The notes under the pieces: generated by a model
The model's input: only the letters and a program-made list of their open reading frames with translations
What the model was told of the DNA's origin: nothing
Database searches by the model: none
Part shown: in pieces, positions 28,305-37,873 of the stretch
Position numbering within the stretch: the first letter of the stretch is position 1
How the letters are laid out: each line of letters starts with the position of its first letter
Position numbers and translations under genes: made by a program
IMG/VR virus record: IMGVR_UViG_3300030099_003199
Coordinates: 1-64,000 of that record
Direction: 5' to 3' (one strand)
From: a virus
Taxonomy: Duplodnaviria; Caudoviricetes
Length of the DNA stretch: 64,000 nucleotides

Positions 28305-28970
28305 CTAGTGATAACCGTTTAAAAGATCAAGTAGTTCTTCTATTGCATCATGTCTATGTGAATCTTCTAGTACAGTTTTATAAACATGCTTAGAATTTAC
28401 TAGTTTTGACATATCATGATATGCTGAATAGTTTTTATCTTTTAAATCTATTTGATATGAATCACCACAAAAGATCATTTTAGAGTCTTTACCTAATCTT
28501 CCAATAGCCATTGCTAATTGACTTCTGGTTAAATTTTGGAACTCATCTACTATTACAATAGAATTATCAAATGTACGGCCTCTAAAATGCGCTAGAGAGC
28601 ATAATTCTATGCTTTCATCTTTTTCCATTTTATCTAATAGCTGAGGTTTGTTATAAACTTTTCTCATATTAGATCTAATAGGTACTAGCCAAGGTTCCAT
28701 TTTTTCACGTTCAGAACCAGGAAGAAAACCATTATCTTCTGTTGATACAGTAGGTCTAGTGATTATAATTTTATTATACTGACGTTTAAAAAACTGATCT
28801 AAAGCTACCTGTACTGCTAAAAGTGTTTTACCACTACCAGCTCTTCCAACAATAAAGTTATAAGGTGTTTTTAAAATTTCAGTTTTAGCTTTTTTCTGTT
28901 CATTAGATAATGTTATTGAAAATCTAATAGCTCCTTTTGGTGGAGTCTTTGCTTTGTTTGCCGTGGGCAT
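28305..28970 (-). CDS. phoH: PhoH-family ATPase
   Basis: 'GRAGSGKT', 'ITRP', 'GFLPG', 'RGRTF', 'DEFQN', 'GDSYQID'. Confidence 0.95.
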   Translation of the reverse strand: MPTANKAKTPPKGAIRFSITLSNEQKKAKTEILKTPYNFIVGRAGSGKTLLAVQVALDQFFKRQYNKIIITRPTVSTEDNGFLPGSEREKMEPWLVPIRSNMRKVYNKPQLLDKMEKDESIELCSLAHFRGRTFDNSIVIVDEFQNLTRSQLAMAIGRLGKDSKMIFCGDSYQIDLKDKNYSAYHDMSKLVNSKHVYKTVLEDSHRHDAIEELLDLLNGYH

Positions 28971-28985
28971 ATTACAAAATTTATG

Positions 28986-29273
28986 TTACTTATTTGTATT
29001 AAACTTGTCTCTTAACTTAATACATTTTTCAAAATCATCTTTCTCTGCAAAATAATCCATTAAGTTTTGTATATCATCTTTAGTAGGGGCATCTGTAACA
29101 TCATGCATAAATATGAATGATTCAAGGTTTTTTGTATTAACAACATCTTCTAGTTTATTCCCTCCTATAAGAAGGTAATACGAATTAGTAAATGCATGAT
29201 GAATGAATTTTTCTTCATTTTTTAATTGTTCCATTTCTGTCATTTTGCTGTATTCATCGTAACTAAAGCTCAT
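28986..29273 (-). CDS. Small protein with a C-terminal UVR-like motif
   Basis: 'MDYFAEKDDFEKCIKLRD' resembles the UVR 'E.FE.AA.LRD' motif. Upstream TAACTTTG at 29294-29301. Confidence 0.5.
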   Translation of the reverse strand: MSFSYDEYSKMTEMEQLKNEEKFIHHAFTNSYYLLIGGNKLEDVVNTKNLESFIFMHDVTDAPTKDDIQNLMDYFAEKDDFEKCIKLRDKFNTNK

Positions 29274-29337
29274 ATTGTTAATTTTTTTAGTTGCAAAGTT
29301 ATAAAAGAAATTATCAAACTTGCAAGTGATTTATAAA

Positions 29338-32300
29338 TTATTTTAATTTTGGTACTAATGTTGCTCCTTGATTCAAATTTTGAAATATATTACCAAATCC
29401 AGATTGTGTAGGTATTGGTTGTCCTATTAAACTTTGTGTATTAGGAAATTTAATACGTAAAGGATTTAAAAGACTATAATTTGGTAATTGTTGAAAAGAT
29501 CCTGCAAAACTTTCATATTGTTGTGGACTAAGTGTAGGGTTTAAATTAGGATATTTAATTTTAAAAGCATCTAATGTTGATGGTGTAATATTTCTTTGTG
29601 GTAAAATACTTTTACTAAATTGACCTGGGTAAACTTTACCAAAATTTAATCCTCTATTTAATTTAATAAGTGATCCTGGTGTACCTATATTATATAAAGC
29701 TAAATTACCAAAATCACTTGCTGCATCTCTATATTCACCTTGTCCTATATTACTTATCATTGATGGTCCGTATTTTCCAGTACCATATGCTCCAAATCCA
29801 ACATTAACAGCATCACCAACTGTAAAAGCTCTTGCAGCATTTGGATTAAATATTCTTGGTGCATATTTTGCTAATGGTGTATTTAAGAAATTTAAAGCTT
29901 TTGGTAGTGCATAAGCACCTGTCATTACTCCAGCACCTAAAGCTAAATTTACAGGATTACTTGGACTAAAATTTATAAATTGCTCATTAACTTTACTAAA
30001 ATCATTAGTTCTTAGTGCTTCTTGATACATGGATTGTAAACCTGGAGATGCATTTACCATAAACATAAAGTTAGGAGGTATCATGTTTTTTTGCATTAAT
30101 TTAAACCTTTCCATTTTTAATCTAGCATCTTCTCTTTCTTTATCAGTTCTATTATCTTGACTAAGGAATGTTTGTCCAGGATATTCTACTCTTCCAGTTT
30201 CACAATTAAAATAATCTCCTTTTTCTTTTTTCATTTTAGCACACCAATTATCTATTACTTCTTGATGACGCTCAGGATTAGTTAATGAACTTACATATTT
30301 ATTATTTTCTTCATCATAAATTCTATCACCTAATATATCAGCAGTATTAGCATGCATTATGTGAGGAAGTCTTTCTTCATAGTCAGCAATCATTTGTTCA
30401 AATGCTGTAGGATTTGCATCTAAATATGCTCTATCTTGTGAACCTTCTGGAAATTGTTCATAAATAAATTTTTCTAAATCTCCTGGTTTTTGAAATAAAA
30501 TATCACTAGGATTTTTTATATATGATTCTATATTAGGACTGTATGTTGATTCTCCTGTTATAGGATCAACAGTTCTAACAAAACCTGTATTTTGTTTATC
30601 AGGATTATTATATATAACACTTAATCTATTTACTAAATCTTTTTGAAAATTAATCATTTTGTCACTAGGAATTTCTGTATAACTATAAGGGTTATATTGA
30701 TTTCCTTGCCATTCAAATTGTGGTTGACCTTGTTCATTAATCATTCTACCTAACATCTCTTGTGCTATAGGATCATTTGGATTATTTTGATATGTTTCAA
30801 AAATATCACGTGCTTGACCATAAGCATCACCAAAACTCATATCTCCAAACCCATATAAATCATTATAAAAGTTTGCCATATCTTTATTACCACCAGGTTT
30901 TAAAGCTTCTTGGTACCTTAAAAAGTTAAGCATCTTTGTATAATTATCTAAACCGCCATACTTTTCATAAGGATCATTTGTTGAACCTCCCTCATCATAA
31001 GTGGTTATGCCTTTATCTTTAAAGTATTGATCTTCCCAATCATAATTTTGTTTAAATAGATTTTCTATACTATTAGGTACAAAAGGACTATACCAACTGC
31101 TATATTTTTCATTCATTATAGCATCTCTTTCTTTTTGTATTCTTTCTTCTTCTTCTCTTTGTAATTTTAATTTAGTATTATCAATCCATGGTTGTAGATA
31201 TACATCTAAATATCTTTTATTTCTTCCTAATGGTGCTCCTTTTTTATTATCATTTCTAATATATTCTTCTAATGCTTTATCAAAATTATTTGTCATAATT
31301 GCATCAGCAAATTTTGGATATAAACTTAATCTACCAAGATTATAAGTAAAATCTGCAAGCATAAATTTAGTTCTATCAGGAAGATTATCATATGCAGTAT
31401 CTCCATAATTAGCATCAATATAAATTTTAGTTTTTCTTAATGCGTTATCTATATCTTCATCTTTCCATTTTTCTGCTTGTTCTAATCCTACACCGTCTTT
31501 ATAGTCATTATAAATATTAGGACCTTTTCTTCCAAAACCTATTGTTGCTTGATTTTCATAAGACCCATCTGCATTTTGATGATAATATGGATAAAACATA
31601 CCATTTTCATATATTTTGTAATATGTTTTACCATCAGGTTTTAATACTGCTGAATTTTTATTTTTTACATAATCCCAACTTGTTTCTTCTTGTTGTATAA
31701 ATGTTCTAAAATTATCATACTCATCATCAAATGATGGTACCTCATTACCATTTTGATATTGTTTAATGTCATATGTTTGACCACCAACTTTATATTTTAA
31801 AGGATCAGGATTATCATCTAACGCATAACCTTTTGTTTGACCCCCATAATTATAAACATCTTTACCTTTTATAGGTAACCTATAATCATCTGGTCCAGGT
31901 ACTTTAACTCTTACATAAGGAAGTCCTGATGGATCATTTACTATTTCATATGTAGCATTTGGGCCTAATACGTTTTTTATATCTTTTGCATGAACTTTTT
32001 CAGTATATTTATTTACAATAGCTTGATGCTCTTTTCTTAAATTTCCTCCAATAGAAGCAGCAGGATCATGTCCCTTTTCTTTTAAAAACTGAGTTCTCCA
32101 GTTATATGCTTCATCTACTAATGCTTTTCTATATGTTTGTTTATCTGGAAAACTAAGTTCACTATAAACGCCTTGTTCAAGATCTAATATTTCATAATTA
32201 TCAAAATTAGTACCATCAACATCATTTCCTATACTTATAATACCTTGTTGATATTGAGGTATATCTGTTTCTTTTATTAATTTATGTTTTCCATTTGCAC

Positions 32301-34278
32301 CTGCAATTATTTTATATCCACTAGGATATACTTTTTCTCCATTTGCATCAAAGTATGGAACTTCTCCATAATTAAGTTTAATTCCATAACCATCACCAAA
32401 ATCACGAACTGCTTCATTAGAATAAGCTTTATCTACTTGCTCTATAAATTCATTACCACTATGACCTGACCATCTATATTCATTAAATCCACTATTAGGT
32501 GTACCATATTCATCAGCTGTATAACCTTGTGTTTGTATTACTGTTTTAGGTAATGGTAAATAAATATATTCTTTACCTACTTTTTGTGCATAATCAACTA
32601 GTTCTCCTAATTGAACAGCAGTAGAATTACTAAATCTTTTTTTAAGTGCAGATTGAAATTCATCAGGATTATTTTGAAAATTATCATAAGCATTATTAAA
32701 TTCTAAAGCATCATTTTTACGAATATCATATATTATTTTTGCATCATCATAATTTTGTTGTGCATATGCATTTTTATGTTCAAGATATTTTTTAAATCCA
32801 GGACTTGCTAAAATTTCAGCTTTATCTTCAGCTGACAGATTATGTATACCGCCTTCATCATAGTTTCTTTTTAATAAATCACTATGTTTTTTATAATCAA
32901 ATTGATTCCAAAAATCATCTTGCGCCATAAAGCTTGTATAACGAACTCTATCTTTAGGATTTAAAAGATGAGATTGAGCACCATTATTTTGCCAATTTCT
33001 GTCATATGAACCACCTTTTGTTACTCCTGACTCAGCATCTACTTGATGATACATTTTATCAAATGATGGACTCCATTGTTCATTTCTACTACTAAGATAT
33101 TCTTGAATAGTTTGACCTTCATTCTTTTTTATATTATTTTGTAATCTACCATAATCATCTACAAGATATGCATATTGCGAAATCATTGTATTTACATCAT
33201 CAGTTGCCCAGTTATATGAATCATCAGCAAAACCAGATGTTTTTATAGCATCTAATCTTGTTTGTAAATCTGCTGTAGTTAAATTTTTAAATTTTTGTTG
33301 TTGATCAAGATGTGCTTGACTAAAATAAGTTTCTCTGTTAGGTACATTTGATGGCTCGTTTAGAAAAATTTGGTTATTTTCATATGTTTTTCTTGCATTT
33401 TTATTAAACTCTTGAGCTTGATCTGATTGACGTTCTAAAACTAAAATACCATCACTAAAACCACCATCTCTAGTGTCATCTAAAACTATTCTTTGATGAG
33501 CTACTGTAAATGGTTCATTATTTTTACCCATTATATTAATACCACCCGTTATTCCTAACGGATTATAATGTTTATTTCCTGCTACTTTATACGTATCTAA
33601 TAATGGCAAATAATTTTGCATATTTAAACTGCTATATCTTAAAGGATCAAAATATGAATTTAAAACAGTAGCTTGATCTGAGCTTAATGGGTTTATGTTA
33701 GTTTTACTTTTTTCAAATGGACTAAAATCACCTTGCCAATATGCTCTCCATTTAGTATTAGTTTTCATTGGTGAAGTACCTACAGATGTTCCAAACAATG
33801 GATTTACATTTAATAAAGTACCAACTTCATTATTAAAGTCAGTAAATGAAACTTTTTTCTGATCTCCTAAATTAAGATTATCAAATGCAGTTTTCATTAT
33901 ACTTCTATCATACAATTGGCCCGGATTTACTCCTTTTGTTTTATTTATAAATTGACCTAATTGCGATGTATTCATCATTCCGTCTTTGTTTACCAAAAAG
34001 TTCATGTCACCTTTTAGTATACTAGGAAGTTGATAAGGAGTAGTTGCAAAATCTGGAATTGGCTGTGTACTTTTAACATAATTCATCCAATCATCATAAT
34101 TACGATATGGAGATTTATAATTAGCATCATAAGGAAAACCTTTAACAGTCCTTACTCCTAATTTAAATGATGGATATACTGTAGGTGTAACAGGCTTAAA
34201 AAAATTAATAATAGGATTAATTGCTTTTTGTATGAGACTACCTGTACCTCCTTGCGCTTTTGGTAAATTTTTTGCCAT
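29338..34278 (-). CDS. Large virion cargo/ejection protein with an internal lysozyme-like domain
   Basis: 1646 aa. GH24-like segment 'YPYY...ATIGFG...LADFTYNLG.LSLYPKF..A....F..A..EY'; C-terminal Gly/Ala hydrophobic segments; repeated YxxGG linkers. Confidence 0.6.
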   Translation of the reverse strand: MAKNLPKAQGGTGSLIQKAINPIINFFKPVTPTVYPSFKLGVRTVKGFPYDANYKSPYRNYDDWMNYVKSTQPIPDFATTPYQLPSILKGDMNFLVNKDGMMNTSQLGQFINKTKGVNPGQLYDRSIMKTAFDNLNLGDQKKVSFTDFNNEVGTLLNVNPLFGTSVGTSPMKTNTKWRAYWQGDFSPFEKSKTNINPLSSDQATVLNSYFDPLRYSSLNMQNYLPLLDTYKVAGNKHYNPLGITGGINIMGKNNEPFTVAHQRIVLDDTRDGGFSDGILVLERQSDQAQEFNKNARKTYENNQIFLNEPSNVPNRETYFSQAHLDQQQKFKNLTTADLQTRLDAIKTSGFADDSYNWATDDVNTMISQYAYLVDDYGRLQNNIKKNEGQTIQEYLSSRNEQWSPSFDKMYHQVDAESGVTKGGSYDRNWQNNGAQSHLLNPKDRVRYTSFMAQDDFWNQFDYKKHSDLLKRNYDEGGIHNLSAEDKAEILASPGFKKYLEHKNAYAQQNYDDAKIIYDIRKNDALEFNNAYDNFQNNPDEFQSALKKRFSNSTAVQLGELVDYAQKVGKEYIYLPLPKTVIQTQGYTADEYGTPNSGFNEYRWSGHSGNEFIEQVDKAYSNEAVRDFGDGYGIKLNYGEVPYFDANGEKVYPSGYKIIAGANGKHKLIKETDIPQYQQGIISIGNDVDGTNFDNYEILDLEQGVYSELSFPDKQTYRKALVDEAYNWRTQFLKEKGHDPAASIGGNLRKEHQAIVNKYTEKVHAKDIKNVLGPNATYEIVNDPSGLPYVRVKVPGPDDYRLPIKGKDVYNYGGQTKGYALDDNPDPLKYKVGGQTYDIKQYQNGNEVPSFDDEYDNFRTFIQQEETSWDYVKNKNSAVLKPDGKTYYKIYENGMFYPYYHQNADGSYENQATIGFGRKGPNIYNDYKDGVGLEQAEKWKDEDIDNALRKTKIYIDANYGDTAYDNLPDRTKFMLADFTYNLGRLSLYPKFADAIMTNNFDKALEEYIRNDNKKGAPLGRNKRYLDVYLQPWIDNTKLKLQREEEERIQKERDAIMNEKYSSWYSPFVPNSIENLFKQNYDWEDQYFKDKGITTYDEGGSTNDPYEKYGGLDNYTKMLNFLRYQEALKPGGNKDMANFYNDLYGFGDMSFGDAYGQARDIFETYQNNPNDPIAQEMLGRMINEQGQPQFEWQGNQYNPYSYTEIPSDKMINFQKDLVNRLSVIYNNPDKQNTGFVRTVDPITGESTYSPNIESYIKNPSDILFQKPGDLEKFIYEQFPEGSQDRAYLDANPTAFEQMIADYEERLPHIMHANTADILGDRIYDEENNKYVSSLTNPERHQEVIDNWCAKMKKEKGDYFNCETGRVEYPGQTFLSQDNRTDKEREDARLKMERFKLMQKNMIPPNFMFMVNASPGLQSMYQEALRTNDFSKVNEQFINFSPSNPVNLALGAGVMTGAYALPKALNFLNTPLAKYAPRIFNPNAARAFTVGDAVNVGFGAYGTGKYGPSMISNIGQGEYRDAASDFGNLALYNIGTPGSLIKLNRGLNFGKVYPGQFSKSILPQRNITPSTLDAFKIKYPNLNPTLSPQQYESFAGSFQQLPNYSLLNPLRIKFPNTQSLIGQPIPTQSGFGNIFQNLNQGATLVPKLK

Positions 34279-34295
34279 AATAGATTTGCTATACT

Positions 34296-34307
34296 ATAAT
34301 ATACAAA
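34296..34307 (-). promoter_or_regulatory. Putative late promoter motif TTTGTATATTAT
   Basis: Identical copy about 18 nt upstream of the first minus-strand gene. Confidence 0.55.
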
Positions 34308-34493
34308 AATAAAAAAAATAATCCTAGTATCCCCCCTACACATTATGGCACATCCAGTGATTATAAAAGTTGTATGCATGGCATTTTAGTTGGGTCCTAC
34401 ACTGCGGCTCCCCTACTTTGTCCTGGACCAGTGTGTCCCCCCGGTCAAATCCAGGGATAATTAAATTTTTTATTAACTGTTAAAATTAAACAA

Positions 34494-34916
34494 ATGGCAG
34501 ATTCAAAAACCTACGTGGTTCAAAAGGAACTACACTTCAAATCAGTGGCTAAGTCAAAGAAAGCCGTAATCTTTTGTTCAAACCCAGTCAGCAAAGCAGA
34601 CGTGGACAGAGTTAGTAAACTCCGTGAAAACAGACTTAACGGCAAAACTAATACAGGTGACACAACTATGCAGTTTGGTAAACTCAAAGCCAGAGGCTTT
34701 AGTGCACTACCAAACTTTGGTGTTAACTACTTCGTTCCAATGGACGTGAGTAAACACAAAGCAAGTGACTTGCCTAAAGTTGGTGACACCTTTACACTAG
34801 ACGTGGTTGTTACTGAACAAGAGGATGGCACTGTGGTTAACGCACGTCCTGTTATTAACCGTAAGACAAAGTCTCCAGTTACTAACTGCTTCTGGGCTTC
34901 ACTTCCTAAAGCCTAA
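34494..34916 (+). CDS. Hypothetical early protein (first plus-strand gene)
   Basis: 140 aa with distinctly higher GC and its own terminator. Confidence 0.7.
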   Translation: MADSKTYVVQKELHFKSVAKSKKAVIFCSNPVSKADVDRVSKLRENRLNGKTNTGDTTMQFGKLKARGFSALPNFGVNYFVPMDVSKHKASDLPKVGDTFTLDVVVTEQEDGTVVNARPVINRKTKSPVTNCFWASLPKA

Positions 34917-34921
34917 CACCT

Positions 34922-34953
34922 AGGAGGATGACACGCAAGTGTCTCTTCCTTTT
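34922..34953 (+). terminator. Rho-independent terminator
   Basis: GGAGGA-T-GACAC-GCAA-GTGTC-TCTTCC hairpin with a GNRA loop, followed by a T-run. Confidence 0.8.
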
Positions 34954-35099
34954 AAATTAATCACTATCATGCATACTTACCTGTCATGTTTGTGCAATAT
35001 TGTTACGTTTGCAACAAAAAACACAAAAGTTTGACAAAAAAATGCATTGTGTGTGTAAAAAACTGTGTGAGACATCATATTTCCCATATTTCTCCACTT

Positions 35100-35450
35100 C
35101 TTACCACTTGACACTTACAGTGGTACATATTAATAACATAGCTATCATGAGAGTATATGTAGTGGTTAAGAACAGTAATCAGCTGCAGCGTCCACTTCTA
35201 TACTCTTATGTATGCTCTCTCTCTATAGGATGAGCATATATGTATCCGCAATATTAAAAATATAAGGCTAGTCACCTTTAGGCACGTGCAGTAGTGCTGC
35301 TTGTAACATTAACAACAGGATGAAGACCCTGACTGCATCTTAATGAGCTTGACTAGGCTCAGTATAATACACTATACAATTAGGATAAATTGACTTATGC
35401 AATAACAAAAACAGAAAGACAGTATACTAGTTACTCTGAGAGCTGTCAGT
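35100..35450 (+). ncRNA. Candidate structured non-coding RNA / regulatory region
   Basis: Several adjacent and nested inverted repeats in a region without a convincing ORF (see findings). The strand is assumed. Confidence 0.3.
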
Positions 35451-35516
35451 ATAGTGAGAAGGTGTATCTTCTCTCTATATAGAATAGTACTAGTAACCCA
35501 ACTTACACGCAAAAAA

Positions 35517-35927
35517 ATGGAAAAATACAGAGGAACATTAAAACACGTAGATCATCATGAGACACTAAATGTTATTGGTAAAGTAACAGAAGAAGGTGCA
35601 TATGAATTTACACATCCAGATAATACTATTAAGTTTGAAGACTTAACATGGGTAAAAGATTATATTCACGTAGGTCCAGACAATAAACTTGTAACTGCAA
35701 TGGTTAGATCATATGTATGTTTTGACAATGGCTTTCATGCATCTATTATTAATGGTACTAATGCATTTGCTGAACCAGGTCAATATGAATGTGCTGTTCT
35801 TAATAAAGATGGTGATATAGTAGATGATGAAGGAATATTGCATGAATGGACAGATCCATATTGTTACTTATCAGTTGAAGAACTAGAAAAGTTACTCGTA
35901 AAAATATCAAAACTTAAGAAGCAATGA
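35517..35927 (+). CDS. Hypothetical early protein
   Basis: Track ORF 35454..35927. The likely start is the ATG at 35517 after an A-tract (MEKYRG...). Confidence 0.65.
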   Translation: MEKYRGTLKHVDHHETLNVIGKVTEEGAYEFTHPDNTIKFEDLTWVKDYIHVGPDNKLVTAMVRSYVCFDNGFHASIINGTNAFAEPGQYECAVLNKDGDIVDDEGILHEWTDPYCYLSVEELEKLLVKISKLKKQ

Positions 35928-36037
35928 AAAAATTAATGTTTTTGGTTCACAAGTATCATAAGGCTGTGCTTTCATTTATAGTGGGAGCATACCTTATTGG
36001 TATTATTATCATAGTTATAATAGCAGTAATAAAATGA
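35924..36037 (+). CDS. 37-aa single-pass membrane peptide
   Basis: Translated by hand: MKKLMFLVHKYHKAVLSFIVGAYLIGIIIIVIIAVIK. ATGA overlap with the preceding gene. Confidence 0.5.
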   Translation: MKKLMFLVHKYHKAVLSFIVGAYLIGIIIIVIIAVIK

Positions 36038-36061
36038 AAAAGAAATTTAAAAAACAAAAAA

Positions 36062-36670
36062 ATGACAAGAAAATTAATAGAAACTATAAAGAATATACTG
36101 AAGGTAAAGTCAAGAAAAAATATAATAGATACAAAAATAGAAAGAGGAATAATGATGGATATGGAGAGACCGACTTCTTTGGTAGCTAAGAAATCATTAT
36201 TCAAAGGTAATGTAACTAATATACAGCATGACAATAATAAATTTTGGTGGTACAATCAGATGTATAGTACTTATGTTGGTCAGATATATGATATTAATAA
36301 AGGTATAACAAGTTTAGAGTTTAATCTTAACAACTATTTTAGTAGAAAATGGATTAGTAATTTGTTTAAAGATAATCATACAAATGCTGACACACTAGAA
36401 ATAGAAGGTATCTATAGTAGTTTTGGTAAATTAAGTATGAGATTAATGAGTTGGGGTGCTATTGATTACTACATTAAATGTCCTGATCGTAAAGGAATGA
36501 AATTCATAGATAACTATGATCAAATAAATATGATTAGAGATATGAAAGTAGAGCAAAAAGAAATAGTAAATAAAGTTAGAGATAACTTTGTAGTATTATT
36601 ACATATGGCAGAAAAAGATAGATTAGATAATCACTTAATAGTAAACTTAAAAAACAAAAGAATATGGTAG
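36062..36670 (+). CDS. Hypothetical protein
   Basis: 202-aa ORF in a tightly packed operon. Confidence 0.65.
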   Translation: MTRKLIETIKNILKVKSRKNIIDTKIERGIMMDMERPTSLVAKKSLFKGNVTNIQHDNNKFWWYNQMYSTYVGQIYDINKGITSLEFNLNNYFSRKWISNLFKDNHTNADTLEIEGIYSSFGKLSMRLMSWGAIDYYIKCPDRKGMKFIDNYDQINMIRDMKVEQKEIVNKVRDNFVVLLHMAEKDRLDNHLIVNLKNKRIW

Positions 36671-36990
36671 AAGATTTTCAATATATAAATGGGCCAGATG
36701 TGCCTGAAACAATAAAACCTATGACTGAATTACATGATAAGTTAGTTAAAGGTTACAATGAAGATAAAGAGTTACAAGTTCCTAGACTTATTAATTCAGT
36801 ACAAAAAAGAATACAAAGACAAATAGAAGCAATGGTAGAAGTAGAAGGACAACTTCAAGTATCTAACTCAAAGCTTGTTGGTTGTATTCAATTGTTAAAA
36901 GAGTTAGTCTTTGATAAGGATATACCTACAGCAACGCAAAATAAAATCATTGCAAGAGTAGATGATATTCATAAAACAGTTTTTGTATAA
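36664..36990 (+). CDS. Hypothetical coiled-coil protein
   Basis: 108-aa ORF overlapping its neighbours. Confidence 0.65.
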   Translation: MVEDFQYINGPDVPETIKPMTELHDKLVKGYNEDKELQVPRLINSVQKRIQRQIEAMVEVEGQLQVSNSKLVGCIQLLKELVFDKDIPTATQNKIIARVDDIHKTVFV

Positions 36991-37487
36991 TGGAATTAGA
37001 TAATAACTTATCAGCTAAATTGATAGCAGATAATGTATTAAATACAGAGTTACCTCAAGAAGTTAAAATGTTTCTGGCTAAGAGCATGCTTATTTGGGGT
37101 GACTCACATATTAATATGTTATTACACTATGCATTGCATAAACCTAGTGTACATATATTTAAAGAAGGTGAATATATCTTATATGAAATACATAAAGGGT
37201 ATAAACTAAAAGAATTAGGTGATCACGCTTCTCTTGTAGATAAAGGTTTAGTATATACTTATAATGGGAAGCCATTATATCTTGGCCAAGTTGAAGGCAG
37301 CGGATCATATGGAGATTTTAATCCGTATGCATGTGATTTTAGGATTAGATGTTATGGTATTAATGATGATTTGATGATAAAATCAACAGAAAATAACGTT
37401 AATATTATACATATGTATCCTGTTTCAATAATAAAATCAAGTAAATTAGTTAATACATTAGAGAATTTATATGATTTAAATTCCTAG
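36990..37487 (+). CDS. Hypothetical protein
   Basis: 165-aa ORF with a TAATG overlap. Confidence 0.65.
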   Translation: MELDNNLSAKLIADNVLNTELPQEVKMFLAKSMLIWGDSHINMLLHYALHKPSVHIFKEGEYILYEIHKGYKLKELGDHASLVDKGLVYTYNGKPLYLGQVEGSGSYGDFNPYACDFRIRCYGINDDLMIKSTENNVNIIHMYPVSIIKSSKLVNTLENLYDLNS

Positions 37488-37584
37488 ATAGCTATAATAC
37501 TACAATATATTTTAAAATTAGTGAGTCAAAGATAATAGTGTTTCACATACTATTGATATTTTTGTAAGTAAAAATATTAATAAG

Positions 37585-37842
37585 ATGTTATTACAACTAG
37601 CCAACGGACACACTATAGAAATATCAACAGAAGCATATCTTGATATGACTGATGAACAATTGAGGGACCTTGAATGTCTTAGTCCTTCACAATTAATGGA
37701 AATAAATAATCCTTTTTATAAACCATTCTCCAGTAAAACAACTAAAGAAGAACGTGTGGTAGAAGATCCACATGCATTATATAACGTTACTGATGAAGAA
37801 AAGTTAGAAGATTTTTATGACCATGAGAAAGAAGACATATAA
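37585..37842 (+). CDS. Small acidic hypothetical protein
   Basis: 85-aa ORF. Confidence 0.65.
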   Translation: MLLQLANGHTIEISTEAYLDMTDEQLRDLECLSPSQLMEINNPFYKPFSSKTTKEERVVEDPHALYNVTDEEKLEDFYDHEKEDI

Positions 37843-37873
37843 TTAATCTGAGTATTTAAATAAAATTAAACAA

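Noticed and set aside
29338-34278. Virion RNA polymerase
   Set aside because: No DxDxD-type catalytic motif was recognised and the protein instead carries a lysozyme-like domain. The RNAP, if present, lies outside the window.
1752-34379. Short overlapping or antisense track ORFs in the structural block (e.g. 2830-3039, 3648-4058, 5378-5752, 7688-8086, 19053-19535, 22363-22626, 34158-34379)
   Set aside because: They are shadows of longer, motif-bearing genes and show no protein-like features.
34920-35500. DnaA-box cluster (oriC-like)
   Set aside because: No TTATCCACA-type consensus boxes were seen despite the DnaA-domain gene.
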